The notes under the pieces were generated by a model that saw only the letters and a program-made list of their open reading frames with translations, did no database searches and had not been told where the DNA came from. A DNA stretch of 62,717 nucleotides, the filler included, from Diploschistes diacapsis (lineage: Eukaryota): NCBI GenBank assembly GCA_023645945.1. It is 14 parts of 14 records of this genome, joined end to end, with 100 filler letters (N's around TTAATTAATTAA, not from the genome) between each part and the next. Parts side by side here need not be neighbours in the genome. Positions count along the whole stretch, not along the records: positions 1 to 2,799 come from JALAIB010002081.1; positions 2,900 to 5,696 come from JALAIB010002082.1; positions 5,797 to 8,591 come from JALAIB010002083.1; positions 8,692 to 11,480 come from JALAIB010002084.1; positions 11,581 to 14,361 come from JALAIB010002085.1; 9 more parts are not named here. One strand, 5' to 3'. Of the stretch, positions 1 through 12,699 are shown one piece after another. The translations under genes and the position numbers were made by a program. The first letter of the stretch is position 1. Every line of letters starts with the position of its first letter.

Positions 1-235
<235 letters not shown>

Positions 236-266
236 CTAAATTTATTTTATATTTTTTCTTGTTTTT

Positions 267-1055
267 TTATATTTTTATATATTGATTGTATATGTACATA
301 ACTAATAAAAGTACTATAAATATAGTCGTTATAACTAATATAGCTTTAAAGAAAAATTGTAATTTTTCCTTATCAGTATAGTGTTTAGTAACAAATATTC
401 TTAATACTTCATCCAAATAACAGTACAATAATGTTATTATACATAAATATATTATTAATAAGCTAGCTGTATATATGTGAGTAAATCCTATTACCAATTT
501 TATTTGATAATCTTTTTCAATAGACCTTTGTTTAATTATCCAATTATACATTTGTATAAGAAAATGACAAGCATTAGATAGAAATGGTATAATAGTTAAG
601 AAAAAAAGTATTAAAAAGATTGACCCCATAAAGCTTATTAACAAAAATTTACTAATATTACTTAAATCTTTCTTAAGTATAAATTTTAAACCATAAACTA
701 AAGCGGTAAGAGATAAGGCGGGTAAAACAGACGTGATTTCTACCGATCTTCATCCCAATGGTTTATTTAAAACCAGCTCATCTATGTTTTTATGGTTTAA
801 TTTACTCATTTCCAATTTATCCATAATATTTCTAGGTATATTATTATAATCTATATCAACATAACCAAAAAAATACATAAAATTTAAAGTTCCTACAACT
901 GCAGTTATTAAAATTATTACAACAATAAGATCTTTACTAAAAAAACTAGAATGTAATAAACTTTTGTTTATATCTGTTTGAAATATTAAATAATATTTCA
1001 AATCTTTAAGTACTTTTAAATTGCTTAAAAAGATGAAAACAAAAAAGAACAGCAA
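267..1055 (-). CDS. Orphan ~260-codon hydrophobic (multi-TM-like) ORF nested in the 3' (P9) region of the cox1 intron
   Basis: ORFs 750-1055 and 267-644 are in the same frame and are joined by TGA(Trp) at 750-752. Positions 645-749 have no stop (RSVEITSVLPALSLTALVYGLKFILKKDLSNISKF). Several long apolar segments are present. The start codon is uncertain. Confidence 0.6.
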
Positions 1056-1091
1056 GAAAAAAAAAGTCTCTTTTTTTATCGGACTATATCT

Positions 1092-2072
1092 TTATCCTTT
1101 GTTATTTCACTTGTCATTGAAGATAGTTCATGCTTTATACAGAGGACTATTAGGTAAAGCAGAATACGCCTTAAGATCAATCAAGTAATAATACTCATCT
1201 ATTAAAAAAAATCTTTGTTTTTTGTTAGATCTTAAAGGATATTTCAAAATATATGTTTTAAAATAATTTATGTCAGATCTACTTTGTATAGATCATTTGT
1301 AATAGCCATTCTGACCTTTATCGAAATATACATTACCTTTAAATATTTTTATAAAGTCTATTACATCAATATGTAATTTATTTGTAACGCTTACAGTTAA
1401 CTGAGGATGTTTATTTTTTATAGAATAAGTAATAGTACCATCTGCATCAAAAAACCCTGAAAATCACCCGTTATCAAAATTATCCTTGTTATAAATAGGG
1501 TATATCAAAGGTGTATTTAATAAAATACAAAGCTTTTCTAATTGTTTTAATCTGCTTGTGTGCTTAATTTTCCCATTAATTCTATTTATTAAATTAATCA
1601 TACCTTTTTTATTGTGTAATCTGTATCTTATAGCTTTTACCCCTGATCTTAATTTTATAGATCCTCCCAATTTTTGCTTAATTATAGCTAAAGCATGGTA
1701 ATCAGACAAAGACATTGTTATTTCGCAACTAGCGTAACCTGATTTGCTTACTAATAGAGTACCATCTCCATCTATTAAACCGGCTAGTCACTCGTTTCAA
1801 GCTTTATCTTGTAAAAAATTTTCACAATCTTCAAGTGAATTCTTATAAAAGGATAATGGACGTGTAGTCTCTGAGGTTCCTACTAAGAAATTAAGTCTTT
1901 TCGTTACCTGCTGATTGTTTGACATTAAACTAGTTTTCACTTTATAGGGATCATGATTAACAAATAATATTAAAGCCAGACCGCTTATTAATAAAGTATA
2001 ATTTAAATACTCAAAGTTCCAGCATATAGTCCATATCATTATATATATTACTATATATACGGGCCATCCTCG
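1092..2072 (-). CDS. Intron-encoded double-motif LAGLIDADG homing endonuclease/maturase, in frame with the upstream cox1 exon
   Basis: With TGA=Trp (code 4), ORFs 1797-2039 and 1464-1715 merge into one frame with the motifs WLAGLIDGDG and WFSGFFDADG. The frame ends at TAA 1092-1094. Confidence 0.93.
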
Positions 2073-2799
<727 letters not shown>

Positions 2800-2899
2800 N
2801 NNNNNNNNNNNNNNNNNNNNNNNNNNNNNNNNNNNNNNNNNNNTTAATTAATTAANNNNNNNNNNNNNNNNNNNNNNNNNNNNNNNNNNNNNNNNNNNN
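2800..2899. other. Artificial contig spacer; identical spacers at 5697, 8592, 11481, 14362, 17240, 20104, 22964, 25824, 51323, 54176, 57025 and 59872
   Basis: 44 N + TTAATTAATTAA (stops in all six frames) + 44 N, repeated 13 times. Confidence 0.99.
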
Positions 2900-3134
2900 G
2901 GGTATGGATGATGGGGCCGGGAGCGAGGGGCTTTGGAGCCAGGGGGATGGAGGAGGGCCTCTGGATGGAGCAGAGAGAGGCGAGTTTGGGGAGCAGGGGC
3001 TGTTTGAGGGCGTGGACGTGGGGATTAGGGAGTTTATGAGGACGGAGAAGAGGTTGGGCGAGATGAAGAGAAAGAGAAAGAGGGCAGAGGGAGGGGCGGA
3101 TGCTTCCTGGCCGAAATCGTACGGCTAAGAACAT
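2900..3134 (-). CDS. Possible 5' end of an unidentified gene (MFLA microexon, then putative intron 3122-3000)
   Basis: ATGTTCTTAGCC|GTACGA...CTAAT...AAACAG. Truncated by the contig end, with no recognisable domain. Confidence 0.3.
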
Positions 3135-3425
3135 GGCTGTAACTATATCGGAGACTGTAAAGGTGCTATAAAACCCGCTACGGTGTCTTCTGCTTCGATT
3201 TATCTCTGTCTCTCTCAACACTTGTCGGAAAGACTGTCGTGGTGTTGGTTCACGAGCTTGGTCTCTAAAGGGCCTCCTTGAGGGGCTTAGTGTACAACAA
3301 ACTCGCCGCTCGCATACTGCATGTGGGTGATGGACACCCGAACCAACTCCCTCATCAAGCTCAAGCTCAACCTCCGAGTTTTGCCGACAGAATCTGCGCA
3401 TCCCAGTTCCGCAGCTCATCGAGAC

Positions 3426-4286
3426 TCACAAGCGGCTCCGCAGCGCCTCAGTTCTTATATCAAGCTTCTCCCTCGTCGCACATCCACGGCCAGCATTCCG
3501 AGCTGCAAAGTCTGCGCACATGTCCTTGAGAGTCACGACTTCGATGTCCGATCCATGCCGGAATTCCAGATATGTCTCGCCATTCCCGTTCCGAAAGCTA
3601 TGGACAGAGCTCTCGGAGGCAAAAAGGTACTCCCGGATCTGCCGCGCTACCTCGTATGATGCCAGGTCGCGAGGGGCACTCCGCTTTTCTGGTGTATTCG
3701 GTGGATGTGAAAGGGCCAGACCCGCTTCTGCAGGGAATCCTCGTTCTTTTGCACCGTCTCCACGTTCGGCCTGAGAATGCACAGCGAAGGCTGCGGCGCC
3801 AGTGCTAAGATCGTCATGATGTTTCTCGCTTCCATGTCCAACAAGGTTCTTGCGGAGAAGAGCGGTGCGCTCATGACCGTCCATCAAGCGTTGTAATGGT
3901 TCGAGCTGCTGACCCGTGTCTTCCAAACGATTGCTCCTTGCTTGAACGGCTGGGTGGCAACAGACGAGGCGTCCGTCTTGGAGGTCTAAGTGCTGCAAGA
4001 GATTGAGTTGCGTTCGTGTCGTCGTAGAGTTTCCAGGCGGACCTCGAGTTTTGTGCACAACGAGATATGGCTCCTCCCAGAGCGCGCAGTCCACGGCTTC
4101 GGAAAGGCTGTTGCCGTCCCAGCAGAACTCATTGTTGCGAAAGCCAAGGATTTCGTTCAGGTCGATACTGCTGCAGGCCCGCAATCGAGGGTCCTCTTGG
4201 CTAACTTGGTCAGGGCGAGCCGCCACGAGGTATCTGCCCTTTTCGAGCAGCAGGTCATAATCATCAAGAACTTGTTTTCGGCCCAT
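3426..4286 (-). CDS. Hypothetical protein (286 aa)
   Basis: Long open frame with protein-like composition; no recognised motif. Confidence 0.4.
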   Translation of the reverse strand: MGRKQVLDDYDLLLEKGRYLVAARPDQVSQEDPRLRACSSIDLNEILGFRNNEFCWDGNSLSEAVDCALWEEPYLVVHKTRGPPGNSTTTRTQLNLLQHLDLQDGRLVCCHPAVQARSNRLEDTGQQLEPLQRLMDGHERTALLRKNLVGHGSEKHHDDLSTGAAAFAVHSQAERGDGAKERGFPAEAGLALSHPPNTPEKRSAPRDLASYEVARQIREYLFASESSVHSFRNGNGETYLEFRHGSDIEVVTLKDMCADFAARNAGRGCATREKLDIRTEALRSRL

Positions 4287-5796
4287 GGTCTCCTTGAATG
4301 GGGTTCTGCCTGAAATGTCGGTTCAGGAGAGAATGATGGAAAGGGAGACGGGAGAGGGGCGTTCAATCAAACAGTCAGGCCTTTCACGATTCATCCCTTT
4401 GTTGCCAGCCTTCTGCGTCATGTCTATGGTGTCACACAAAGCTTCAAGGTAATGTACCAGCACTCTCGGCCCAGTATGTAAGTCACACCAACCCATCCTT
4501 CACCAATCGCTGTGTTCGGGATCTAGGAAACCGGGGAGGTACATTTTAATCTTATCCCGGCCAGCCAGCCCTTGTCGGGTGAGAAAGGGATTTTATGTGT
4601 TTCACCGTTGCAGTAGCTCGGCGAGTGATGATCAATGTAATGACATTAATGTACGCGCCTGCTGGTAGGGTATAATGCGCTTTAAAGCAAGGCAAAAACA
4701 ACCTCCTCACCAGATACAGCTCATTTCTTGCCCGCACAGTTTTGGGCCATCTCATGGACAAGAGCCAGACCTCCGGCGCTCATGCTCTGCCTGTCGTAAC
4801 TCGAGTTTTTCAAATCTTTTATCCACTTTGTTGAATCCCACCGCCATCTCTGTTCTGATATCCTTGATATGTGCTTTGACATCCCGTATCTGCTTTCCTA
4901 GGAGGTGGGAATTCACACCTACTACTAGGCCTGTGAGAATAGCGGGATAGAGAAGATTTTTGGAGAACTAATTACCACCATTAGCTACATGAATATAATA
5001 TATAATTATTAAAAACTTACAACTGGGAAGGAGTGAAGAAGTCATTAAAGAATGATATTTATAATAAAATATTCTCTATAGCTGTAAGCTATAAGCCTAA
5101 GTATTAGGATTGGTTTGTAGGATTAATTGATAGCAGTTGGGTTGATGAAAAGAATTTCAAGCTGAAATGGTGCGTGGTCCCTGTCATTTGTGTGCTTATA
5201 TTGTTGTTCAATGATTGTTTCGGGCCATGTAAAAAAATGTTGTTGCTATTTGATTCATTCAAGCGGAGTACTCCTATCTATAGTCGTGTTATCAGGTGAA
5301 TTTGCTACGAAGTACTCCCCGTAGCCCCCAGAATAAAGGCTAGCACCGCGGTAGTCGGTGCCACCACACAAGTTCTTTTTGGCCTACAAAGGCTACAAAA
5401 AAAAAGCTAACTTCCTCTCACTGATAAAAGACCAATAATAATGGGAATGAACAGGTCAGAATCCTAAAGCCCTTCCGACACGGGCCATTAATTATGCCAT
5501 CATTAATTTAATTGTGCCATTTGTGACAGAAACAATTAAGTTGTTACTAAGCATGATTCGATTCCCCGCCCCGGGCGTATGATCGTCCTCACGTGCGCGT
5601 GGTAAGTCGGTGACTCCTCCTCCCTACCTACTACCTACCTACCTAATTATCTATCTATCTATATAGTAAAAATGGCTTTTTTCCCCTCTTCCCCACNNNN
5701 NNNNNNNNNNNNNNNNNNNNNNNNNNNNNNNNNNNNNNNNTTAATTAATTAANNNNNNNNNNNNNNNNNNNNNNNNNNNNNNNNNNNNNNNNNNNN

Positions 5797-6665
5797 CCCC
5801 TCACCTGCGCCGCGCGAACAGCATTGAACAGCTTCACCACCCCCCTCTGCGCCGTCTTCCGCAGCCGACGTTCCTGCGCCGCGATATCCGCCGCGCTCAT
5901 CCCGCCTTCCACATCATCTGAAACATCTCCTTTCACCTCCCCGCCTACCGCGCTGGCAGCAATACCAACCCCAGCGCCCACGTTCCCCTCCATCCCACTT
6001 CGTGCCTTCGTGCCTACTTCCAGACCTAACGTACTTGTAACGTCCCTCCGATTCCCCAGCAAAACATCCTTCACCCTCCCCCTCTCCTTCGCCGTCCTCT
6101 TGTCCTCACGTATTTTTCGGCGCGCCTTTGCTTCGAGCTTCGAGTCCGCCAGCGCCTTGCTGGCGTCCGCGGCCATCTTGGAGCGCGAGAGCACCGGGTC
6201 CGCGCGCGAGGGGCGAGAGAGAGAGGTGCGCAGGATGGCGCTCATGGAGGAGGAGAAGGCGGTGGGGTCGTGGCGTTTGGGTTTTTGGCGGGGGTTTTGC
6301 GGGGCGTGAGAGGAGGGGGAGGAGAGGCAGGAGTTCCAATCATCGTCGTCGTCGTGTTGTTCGTCGGACGCTTCTTCGCTGAGTGGGGTGCTCGCGTCCT
6401 CCATGGCCTCTGAATTGGCTTCGGATTCCGAGTCGGAAGCTGCGAGGGATTTTGCGGTCGGGTTCTTCGTGATGGACGCGCGTAAGGTGGCTTTCGGAGT
6501 GGCTTTTTGGGCCTCGGAGGCGGTGGGAAGCTTGACGCCTCCTTCGTCTGTGGCATTGCTGCTGTCACTGTGGTATGTCCTTTGCTTTTTGAATTTTTTC
6601 TGTGCTGGAGCTTGGGGTTTGCTGGGGGCGCCTAGCTTGCGCTTGCGGGACGGGAGGGAGGCCAT
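5797..6665 (-). CDS. RRP15: Ribosomal RNA-processing protein Rrp15 (3' truncated)
   Basis: Basic/acidic N-terminus, DPVLSRS, and the Rrp15 signature ERRLRKTAQRGVVKLFNAVRAAQ. Likely start MASLPSRKRK at 6665. Confidence 0.9.
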
Positions 6666-7045
6666 TTCAGAGTTCCCGGTAGACTTTGAAATTTGCACTC
6701 GTAGATGAGGCGGGAACTTCGCTCTTCAATTCATTTCAATGCTGATTGGAATATTTGTCCGATGTCTCCGCGCACTGGAGATGCTGGCTGGAAAATATTC
6801 AAGCGAAGAACTTGGAGCTGCGGAAACTTGGCGCCAAGGCTGTGCTCATTGGTTCAACGGGTTGATACTAAATTTCCGCCCCGCTGCCGATTCTCCATGT
6901 ACTATGCCTTATTCACGGATCATGTGGAATATAGAAGAGCTTATACTGAAACAGACAGCTACGAAGCTCGGTTCTTCGACAACTCGCTATATAAAAATTT
7001 CTTCTTTCTTCCTCGCGAGCGAAAGCAACTCACGAGCTCTATATC

Positions 7046-8591
7046 ATGGTTCTTCAAGACCTTGGACGGCGAATTAACGCCGCCGTCTCTGACCTCACTC
7101 GGTCGGCGACCCTTGACGAGAAGGTACGAAGGCGCTTTATAGTTTCGCCAAACTGTCACTGACTACTCAGGCATTCGATGACATGATCAAGGAGATATGC
7201 TCTGCCCTCCTCTCCGCCGACGTAAACGTCAAGCTGGTCAACCACCTGCGCAAGTCGATAAAAGCACAGGTGAATTTCAGCCAGCTACCGCCGCACACGA
7301 ACAAGAAGCGCCTGATCCAGAAAGCCGTCTTTGACCAGCTGGTATCGCTCGTCGACCCGCATGCCGAGCCCTTCAAGGCCCGCAAAGGGAAGCCAAACGT
7401 TATCATGTTCGTCGGCCTGCAAGGTGCAGGGAAGACTACGACGTGCACGAAGCTCGCGCGGCATTACCAGACGAGAGGCTTCAAGTCTTGCCTGGTCTGC
7501 GCGGATACGTTTCGGGCAGGTGCTTTCGATCAGCTGAAGCAGAATGCTACCAAAGCTAAGATACCCTTCTACGGTAACCTTACCCAGACGGATCCTGCCG
7601 TTGTCGCTCTTGAGGGTGTGACACGGTTCAAGAAGGAACGGTTTGAGATCATAATAGTTGATACGTCGGGACGACATCGGCAGGAGGCGGACTTGTTCAA
7701 TGAAATGGTACAGATACAAAGAGCAGTGCAGCCCGATCAAACCATCATGGTTCTCGACGCAACAATAGGACAACAGGCAGAGGCACAGTCAAAGGCTTTT
7801 AAGGAGACTGCCAATTTCGGTTCAATAATCATCACTAAGACCGATGGCAACGCTTCCGGAGGCGGCGCCATATCCGCCGTTGCCGCGACACATACTCCAA
7901 TTGTATTCATCGGTACAGGAGAGCACATGCTAGATCTCGAACGATTCCAGCCAAAAGCGTTCGTTTCTCGATTGCTGGGCATGGGCGACATGGCAGGCCT
8001 GGTCGAGCACGTCCAGTCCCTCAAGCTGGACCAAAAAGACACGATGAAGCACATTCAAGAGGGCATCTTCACAGTGCGCGATCTCCGCGACCAGATACAA
8101 AACATGATGAAAATGGGCCCGCTCTCCAAAATGGCCGGCATGATCCCGGGCCTCAGCAACATGATGGAAGGCATGAACGACGACGACGGCGCGCAGAAGA
8201 TGAAGCGCATGATCTACATCTGCGACTCCATGACCGACAAGGAGCTCGACTCGGACGGTAGGCTCTTCGTGGCGGAGCCCTCGCGGATGACCCGGGTGGC
8301 GTGCGGCAGCGGCACGAGCGTCAGGGAGGTCGAGGATCTCCTGAGCCAGCAGCGCATGATGGCCGGCATGGTGAAGAAGATGGGCGGCATGCAGAAGAAC
8401 ATGAAGAATGCGCAGGCCGCCATGGGCGGCGGCAACAAGCAGCAGCAGATGGCGGCCATGCAGAAGCGCCTGCAGAGTCTCGGGGGTGGCCAGGGCGGCA
8501 TGCCGGACATGTCGAAGCTGATGAGCATGATGGGCGGGGGCGGTGGAGGGGGTGCCGGTATGCCGGACATGAAGAGCATGATGGATATGAT
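7046..8591 (+). CDS. SRP54: Signal recognition particle 54 kDa subunit (exons 7046-7123 and 7171->8591; 3' truncated)
   Basis: Exon 1 reads [14 protein letters not shown], followed by a GT..CTGAC..CAG intron. Motifs [22 protein letters not shown] and TKTDG, plus a Met/Gly-rich M domain. Confidence 0.98.
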
Positions 8592-9262
8592 NNNNNNNNN
8601 NNNNNNNNNNNNNNNNNNNNNNNNNNNNNNNNNNNTTAATTAATTAANNNNNNNNNNNNNNNNNNNNNNNNNNNNNNNNNNNNNNNNNNNNCATTAATCA
8701 CGTAGATTTCGAAAGACAACGATATTCCGAATCAAAATACAGTAAAATACAAGAAATTAGCTTAAACATACGATCCAATCCATAATATTAAACCAAATAC
8801 TCGAGGACCTTTAAAAACTAACTTAAGCGAAAAAGCAGCGTACATGTTTCGTACTTCAGAAAAAGTTATAAATAAAGAAGAATATCTTCGAAAGAAAGTT
8901 TTTATCGTTAACAATCGAAAGCATCCCGACCATATACTTCTTAACGAGTATAGAAACTTCGGATACGACTACGCTAAACACGAAACAATAACATATGTTT
9001 TTTACGAAAACTAGTCATCAACGTAATATTCCAACGATACTATAAAGAAATATTACATAATAATAAACACGAAGACTATTATCTTTTATACGACTATATG
9101 ATAAAAGAATGTCCGGTTAATATCCACAACGAAAAAAGAATAATAAGATCAAAAACGTATCCATCAATTATAAAAAAAATCATCACGACAATAAAGTTCT
9201 ATTTCGCACATAATATTTATCGTGTAGGAAAGTACGAACATTTAAATCATACGGAATTCTAT

Positions 9263-10230
9263 TGTAAACATAAAAGTAGGCCGCAGACTTGGTGGGGGTG
9301 GTCCCCACAGGGCAGCTCCATTTAAGGAGGCCTGCTAGGTAGCTCTAGACAATCAATGCATTCTACACCTCATAAATATCCTATCTAGGTATGCTGTTGA
9401 CTACGAGATCCCACTACATTCACCTACTACACCACCTACGACTACCTACCTACTACAGCAAAAGAAGTCTTCCTAGACAGCGCGCCTTGTGTTTATAATG
9501 GGGGCTAACCTAAAGACTTGTCTAAGGACCCTTTTATATCTTACGAAAGGTAAGGAGAAGATTACGATCTAAAAGCTCCAGATATAACAGAAAGACATTG
9601 TTTATAAGAATATGGAAAGAGAAAGGAAAGAAGCATCTAATTGTCCCTAAATGGCCTATCAGCATTAAAAGAATAAAAAAACAGAATTTAATTAAAATAT
9701 ATTTAGAAAATTAAACTACGGATAAATAAAATGTTAAAAAAGAATTAAAAGTTAAAGATTATTGATATTAAAAACGATAAGTATTATTAACTCGAGTTAC
9801 TCGATACCGGACGGAAATTAAGTAGATTAACCAAAATAATACGAATACGAACGATAAGAAATAGGGATCGAATACAAATTTTAAGGAAGAACAGCAAAAA
9901 ACAAATAAACAAAAGAACCAATATTATCGGAACGAGAAAACCAGAGAACAAGAAAGAAAAAAAAGAAAGAAAAAATAACAAAAGAATGAGGCGGATATAA
10001 AGAACAAGGAAAGAAAATTTGATGTATTATTAAAGCTAAAGGCTTTACAGCAAAAAAAATAAAAGAAAATATGGTATTATAATTCTAAAAAGGAATCAAA
10101 AGAGTATAAAAAGAAAGTAATAGAACAGCGTAAAGAGTTAAATAAGGAGTATCGTTCTTCTTCTTCTTCGAATTATTTATAAATAAATCAGAAAGATTAT
10201 TCACGGATTATCGCGTCTTTCTTTCTTTTT
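9263..10230 (+). mobile_element. RIP-degenerate LTR retrotransposon 5' end: LTR (9263-9497), tRNA-Pro-like PBS and internal sequence
   Basis: LTR bounded by TGTAAACA...TGTTTA(C>T)A and followed by TGGGGGCTAACC. Homologous to 10435-11420 (inverted) and 18823-19058. Confidence 0.8.
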
Positions 10231-10434
10231 TAATTAATTTATAATTCTTTTTAAATAAACGTTCTTAATTGCTCGCTTCCTTCCGAGGGCACAGTATCGG
10301 GTTAATTATTTGTCTTTAATGGGATTTTAGGCTTAAGATCACGATATGTCGCTTCTATATTGGTCATGATCGAGCAGAGCACCCTGAGGGTCCCTAATAC
10401 TACTAATATTTAAAGGGAATTGTAAGCTAATCAC

Positions 10435-11420
10435 GAGAAAAAGAAAGACGCGATAATCCGTGAATAGTTTAACTCTTTACGTTATTCCATTACCTTCTTT
10501 TTATATTCTTTTGATTCCTCTTTAGAATCATAACACCATACTTTCTCTTGCTCTTTTTGCTGCAAAGCCCCTGGCTTCAACAATGCACCAAACTTTCTTT
10601 CCTTGTTCTTCATATCCGTCTCATTCTTTTGTTGTTCTTCCTTTCTTTTTTTTCTTTTTTATTCCCTGGTTCTCTCGTTCCGATAATATTGGTTCTTTTG
10701 TTCATTTATTTTTTGCTGTTCTTCTTTAAAACCCGTATTTAATCTCGTATTTAATACTTTTTTTTTAACGTGCGTATTCGTATAATCCTGTTTAATTTAT
10801 TTATTCTTATTCGATCTTCTTTTCCTCGTGTTCGTATTCGCGTAATCCTAATTAATTTACTTAATTTTCATCCGGTATCGAATAACTCGAGTTAATAATA
10901 TTTATCGTTTTTAATATCGATAATCTTTAATTTCTAATTCTTTTTTAATATTTCATCTATTCGCAGCCTAACCTTCTAAATATATTTTAATTAAATTCTA
11001 CTCTTTTATTCTTTTAATGCTGGTAGGCTATTTAGGGACAATTAGATGCCCTTTTTCTTTCTCTTTCTATATTTTTGTAAACAATGTCTTTCTATCATAT
11101 CTGGAGCTTTTAGATTGTAACCTTCTTCTTACCTTTCGTAAGATGTGACAGGTCCTGAGTTCAATCCTCAGGTTGGCCCTTATTATAAACATAAGGCGCG
11201 CTGTCTAGAGAGACTTCCCTTGCTGTAGTAGGTAAATAATCGTAGGTGATGTAGTAAATGAATATAGTGTGATCTCGTAGTCAACAGCATACCTAGATAG
11301 GACATTTATGAGGTATAGGATGCATTCCTTGTCTAGAGCTACCTAGCAGGCCTCCTTAAATGGAGTTGCCCTGTGGGGACCACCCCCTACCAATTTTGCC
11401 CGCCTACTTTTATGTTTACA
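10435..11420 (-). mobile_element. Second, inverted copy of the same LTR (11184-11420), PBS (11151-11182) and internal sequence
   Basis: The reverse complement aligns by eye with 9263-10230; differences are mostly C/T and G/A transitions. Confidence 0.82.
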
Positions 11421-11580
11421 TTATAAGACCCTAGGGACCTATAATTATAATAAGATAAAATAAGATAAAATCTATTTGTTNNNNNNNNNNNNNNNNNNNN
11501 NNNNNNNNNNNNNNNNNNNNNNNNTTAATTAATTAANNNNNNNNNNNNNNNNNNNNNNNNNNNNNNNNNNNNNNNNNNNN

Positions 11581-12150
11581 AAACTATATAAAACATTTAA
11601 AACTTCGTTAAACGATATATAATATTAACGTAGCAGCGATAAAAGCGATACGCGGACGAATATTAATATTTCATATACGCAATATTAAAATTATTCGGGC
11701 CTACAAAAAGTTAAATAATAAATAAAATAACTTTTAAAATATTTTACGAAAGATAAACGACGTCGATTATAAATTAAATTTATTAATATCGATAAAATAA
11801 TTAAAATCTTTTACTGGTTTTTACTTTTAAAAGACCCGCAGAACCTTTTAAAAAGGTAAATACATCCTAGATTATTTTCGGTAGAGACGGAGACCGAAGA
11901 AGAATAAAAGTTTAAAGAGATTTTTAACGCTAGACGTGGTCCCGAACGAGAATTGAACGTCTAATATAAAGTACGTTAGGTAAGATGGTTACTCGACGAC
12001 AGCTGATATCTCGCCGTTAATTTCGAAAATACTTTCGATATCCTATAAAAGTTTCATTAATTAAATCCCGAAAAGATAAGACCCCCGTGGCTCACAGTAT
12101 TCGGGGACAGGCAACTCACGTTAATAAGAATTGCAAACGGGGACGAACCT
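11581..12150 (+). mobile_element. RIP-degenerate Ty3/Gypsy (chromovirus) integrase C-terminus with chromodomain
   Basis: ~11897-12090 de-RIPs to EEWxxxEILxARR...QYKVRWVGW..DDSWYPA.NFENA.DILQEFH..NP.K..PPW. Confidence 0.75.
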
Positions 12151-12699
12151 TTAGGATAAGGCGGTATTAATTATCACGACGACCACTTTCCTATAAAATT
12201 TAGAAGTATAGTTGGCTAAAAACGACGTTGAAAGGGATTTAAAAAGAAAGAAACGTTAATCACGAAAGAACAACGAGTATCTTTTTAAATAAATATAATA
12301 ATAAAGAAGAAATCGAGGTATAAATTACCTAAAATGAATATCATGTTTATAAAAAATATAAGCATCTAAAGAAAAAGATAATAAGATAATTTAATTTAAA
12401 TATTTATCAAGCCATGCCAGGGTCATATAACTACGATAAGGTTATATGATAGATATCAGCCGTGTTAAGGATGTTAAAAGGTGGCTATATAAATAGGTAA
12501 TGCCCGAACCCCGTAGGGCTAGTATTTATATATTATTTATTTATGCTATCCTCCCTTTTAGATAATTTCTTCTTTAACTTTTCGAATCGAGACCTTTTAC
12601 CTGCAGATGCCTAGCTACACGTAATCCTTCCGGATTAGGCCCAGCCCCCGGTAGTGTAGTATTCCATACCTGCGCTGGCGTTTCACACATCGTCATCTA

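Larger units (their letters stand above)
236..2072 (-). mobile_element. Group I intron at the HLFWFFG|HPEVY site of cox1 (yeast aI4-type position)
   Basis: The upstream exon ends in U (TTT GGT) and the intron ends in G. The conserved S/P7' motif AAGATATAGTCC lies at ~1081-1092 on the minus strand, and the intron contains a homing endonuclease ORF. Confidence 0.92.

Noticed and set aside
5550..5600. tRNA T-arm-like GATTCGATTCCCCGCCCCGGG and a 5S-like ACGATCATAC on the minus strand
   Set aside because: No cloverleaf or extended 5S similarity. It more likely belongs to a promoter, with CACGTG and TATA-like motifs nearby.
6666..7045. RRP15-SRP54 divergent promoter as a novel system
   Set aside because: Short bidirectional intergenic regions between housekeeping genes are ordinary in fungi.
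9787..10742. Two similar hydrophobic 64-aa ORFs (9787-9981 minus, 10548-10742 plus)
   Set aside because: They are antisense, T-rich readings of the inverted retrotransposon copies.
11151..11182. Functional tRNA gene
   Set aside because: Only the 3' part is present and it abuts an LTR, so it is interpreted as a PBS.
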